Positions 62,131-64,000 of a stretch of DNA of 64,000 nt are shown piece after piece. The stretch's first letter is position 1; each line of letters opens with the position of its first letter. The stretch is from Vitrella brassicaformis CCMP3155 (lineage: Eukaryota > Protista > Chromerida). The position numbers and the translations under genes were made by a program. Below the pieces are notes generated by a model. The model was not told where the DNA came from, ran no database searches, and worked only from the letters and a program-made list of their open reading frames with translations. Location: assembly GCA_001179505.1 (NCBI GenBank), contig CDMY01000312.1, forward strand, positions 62,317 to 126,316, given 5' to 3'.

Positions 62131-63515
62131 ATGACGAAGCGTGCCCGCACAGAGGGCGCGTCGGCTGCTTCGGCGGCCTCACTCTCCCCCTCCCTCTTCC
62201 TCAAGGTGCTTGATGAGGCGGGCAGTGCGGTGGCGGACTACATCTGTGCAGCGGACCTGTATGCCCTCCGCCTGACCTCCCGCGTGGCCACACAGCAGCT
62301 CACCGACAACTACCTCGTCCAGCGCATCAACCGGTGCATCACCGACCAGCAGATAGGCGGCGTGCTGACCTTCGACGCCAGCTACCAGCCGGGCGATGGC
62401 GAGGCCACGCCGCGGATGGCCTACTTGCTGCAGCTGCTGTGCGTGTTGGAGGATGGCGGGCAGTGGGCCGGGTGGGTGGGCCCGATGCGCATCGCCCGAC
62501 ACGGCCGGGTCGTCGAGTCGCTGCCCATCACTGTGAGGCCGGCGGACGTGCGGCGTGTGGGGTCCAAGGCGGTGTTTGACGGCCGGGCGGACAGCCTCAA
62601 GCAGTACAGCCTCTTCGGCCACCTGCTGGGGCAAGATGAGGCGATGGCCCTCAGACAGATCGACGGCGTCGAGCAGCTGGGCGACACGGTGGTGACCGTC
62701 TACACGCAGCAGACCCTCTCCGCCACCCATGAATTCGCCGGTTCGTTCGACTGAACGGACCCCATCGTGAGAGGTGAGAGCGAGACGAGAGGGACGATGC
62801 ACATGGCATAGCAGGGCGATGCTCCTGTGTGGTCAATGATGTGTGTGCGTTTGTGCTGCCATCAGTGAACAACGAGATGGATTACATGAGTTTCCGACAC
62901 CTGGTCGTCAAGCGGTAAGGCGACGCCAGAAGCCACCCCCACACACATATGGATGATCCGTCTGTGTGCCTCTCTGCCTAGTTTTCCGTCTCACGAGCGA
63001 AGCATGTGTCATCGCATGATCAACGGCGCGTCAGCACAGGCTCGGTGGCAGCGAGCTGTCGATCTGCTGACCCAAGTAGGTTAATGGCGTGGCTCGACAG
63101 ATGGCTATCTCCGTCAACGCACCTCCTTGTGTTGCAGGCCGCCATCCCCTGGGGTCGCCAGACCAGGACTGTAGACAACGGCCGGCGGAGCGGCTCCATC
63201 TACCTGTGCGGAGGGGGCCAACACGACACCTTCGCCGCTCTCATGTACATCGACAACTTCTACTACGTGGCGACGATCGACCTCTACACAACTGAGACGC
63301 CGCAGCCAGACCAGGAGGGCCCCTTCCGCTTCCCCCAGACCCTCCAGCTGGCCCGCCAGCTGCTGGGCAAAGACGACGAGGAGACCCTCTTCGGGGACCT
63401 GACGATAGAATTCCTGCGCTTCGGCCAGTTCCATTCACTTCTTCATTTGGAAGCCAAATTGGTGGAAGAAGCCGTGATTAGATACAACGCGCGACGAAAT
63501 TCATCTAAGCATTGA
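62131..63515 (+). pseudogene. F-box-like family copy 2 with in-frame TGA at 62752-62754 and replaced C-terminus
   Basis: Near-identical to 32721-34140 in inverted orientation; FDPTDP becomes FD*TDP; downstream exons and splice sites intact; homology lost after about 63432. Confidence 0.65.
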
Positions 63516-64000
63516 TTCGGGGAGGTGCTCTGCCAGGTATGTGTCCGTGTCTGTCTGCCTCCCCTCCTCCTGCCAGTTCCGTGTGTCAGCGAGGAAATCC
63601 ACAGGGGCTCATGCGCGGTTTGGTCAAGGCCAAGGGCAAGGCAGCCTAGCCAGATGCGATGCATGTTGATTATGCGGGCAGTGTTTGAAATTCGTGAGCT
63701 TGTGTTTGAGTTCGAGACGGAAGCCAGAGCCACGGAGGCTAAATGGACTTCATTTCTCGGTGAGAGTCACGGTGTTTCGTGGTAGAGATGCGCCGCGTGT
63801 AAATGGAAGCCTGTTTGAGGAGCAATTCATCGCAATTGGTTGTACGTGTAAGAATAGGTGGGAGAGAGTCGGGGAGAATGGTGAAGAGAGGATCTGCCGG
63901 GCGGTCAGTCCCGGATAAAGGATTAAGTCAATGCAACGTAAGGTCTGTGGATTTTGTGGAGAGTCCACGTAGGACATGTAGTACGCGTCAGTCCATTCTG

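Noticed and set aside
62752-62754. Selenocysteine codon
   Set aside because: The paralogous residue is Pro, not Cys, and I could not identify a SECIS element.

Overview
Gene-dense, GC-rich, intron-rich eukaryotic nuclear DNA. Introns are short (55-120 nt) and full of (TG)n/(GA)n/(GACA)n/(GGAT)n microsatellites, and there are six 300-N scaffold gaps. Intron style, nucleus-encoded plastid-type genes with signal peptides, HPR/OPR-type repeats and a bacterial-type GS suggest a chromerid/myzozoan alveolate such as Vitrella (inference, not verified). About 18 spliced protein genes and one tRNA-Leu(UAA) were hand-assembled from GT-AG junctions. In order: WWE-RING-DTC Deltex-like E3; small hypothetical; ankyrin/coiled-coil/6xC2 giant gene; coiled-coil and membrane hypotheticals; WD40 (Ipi3/WDR18-like); Cys-rich hypothetical; BTB/Skp1-like; FabF head-to-head with RsmH; F-box-like family member; SET8-like; bacterial-type HDAC; FIBP; a myristoylated RING-H2 protein with three p97/CDC48 Nc-like repeats; a catalytically dead MoxR-like AAA+; type I glutamine synthetase; a helical-repeat (HPR/OPR)-RluA pseudouridine synthase fusion; and a second, stop-interrupted F-box-like paralog. 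The best novelty candidates are (1) the mitochondrial-type repeat-guided pseudouridine synthase, (2) a ~1.2 kb spacerless palindromic (foldback) element with TSD-like flanks that broke the assembly between that gene and glnA, and (3) the p97-Nc x3/MIU/RING E3. Exon boundaries are manual predictions and all homology calls are by motif recognition, without database searches.
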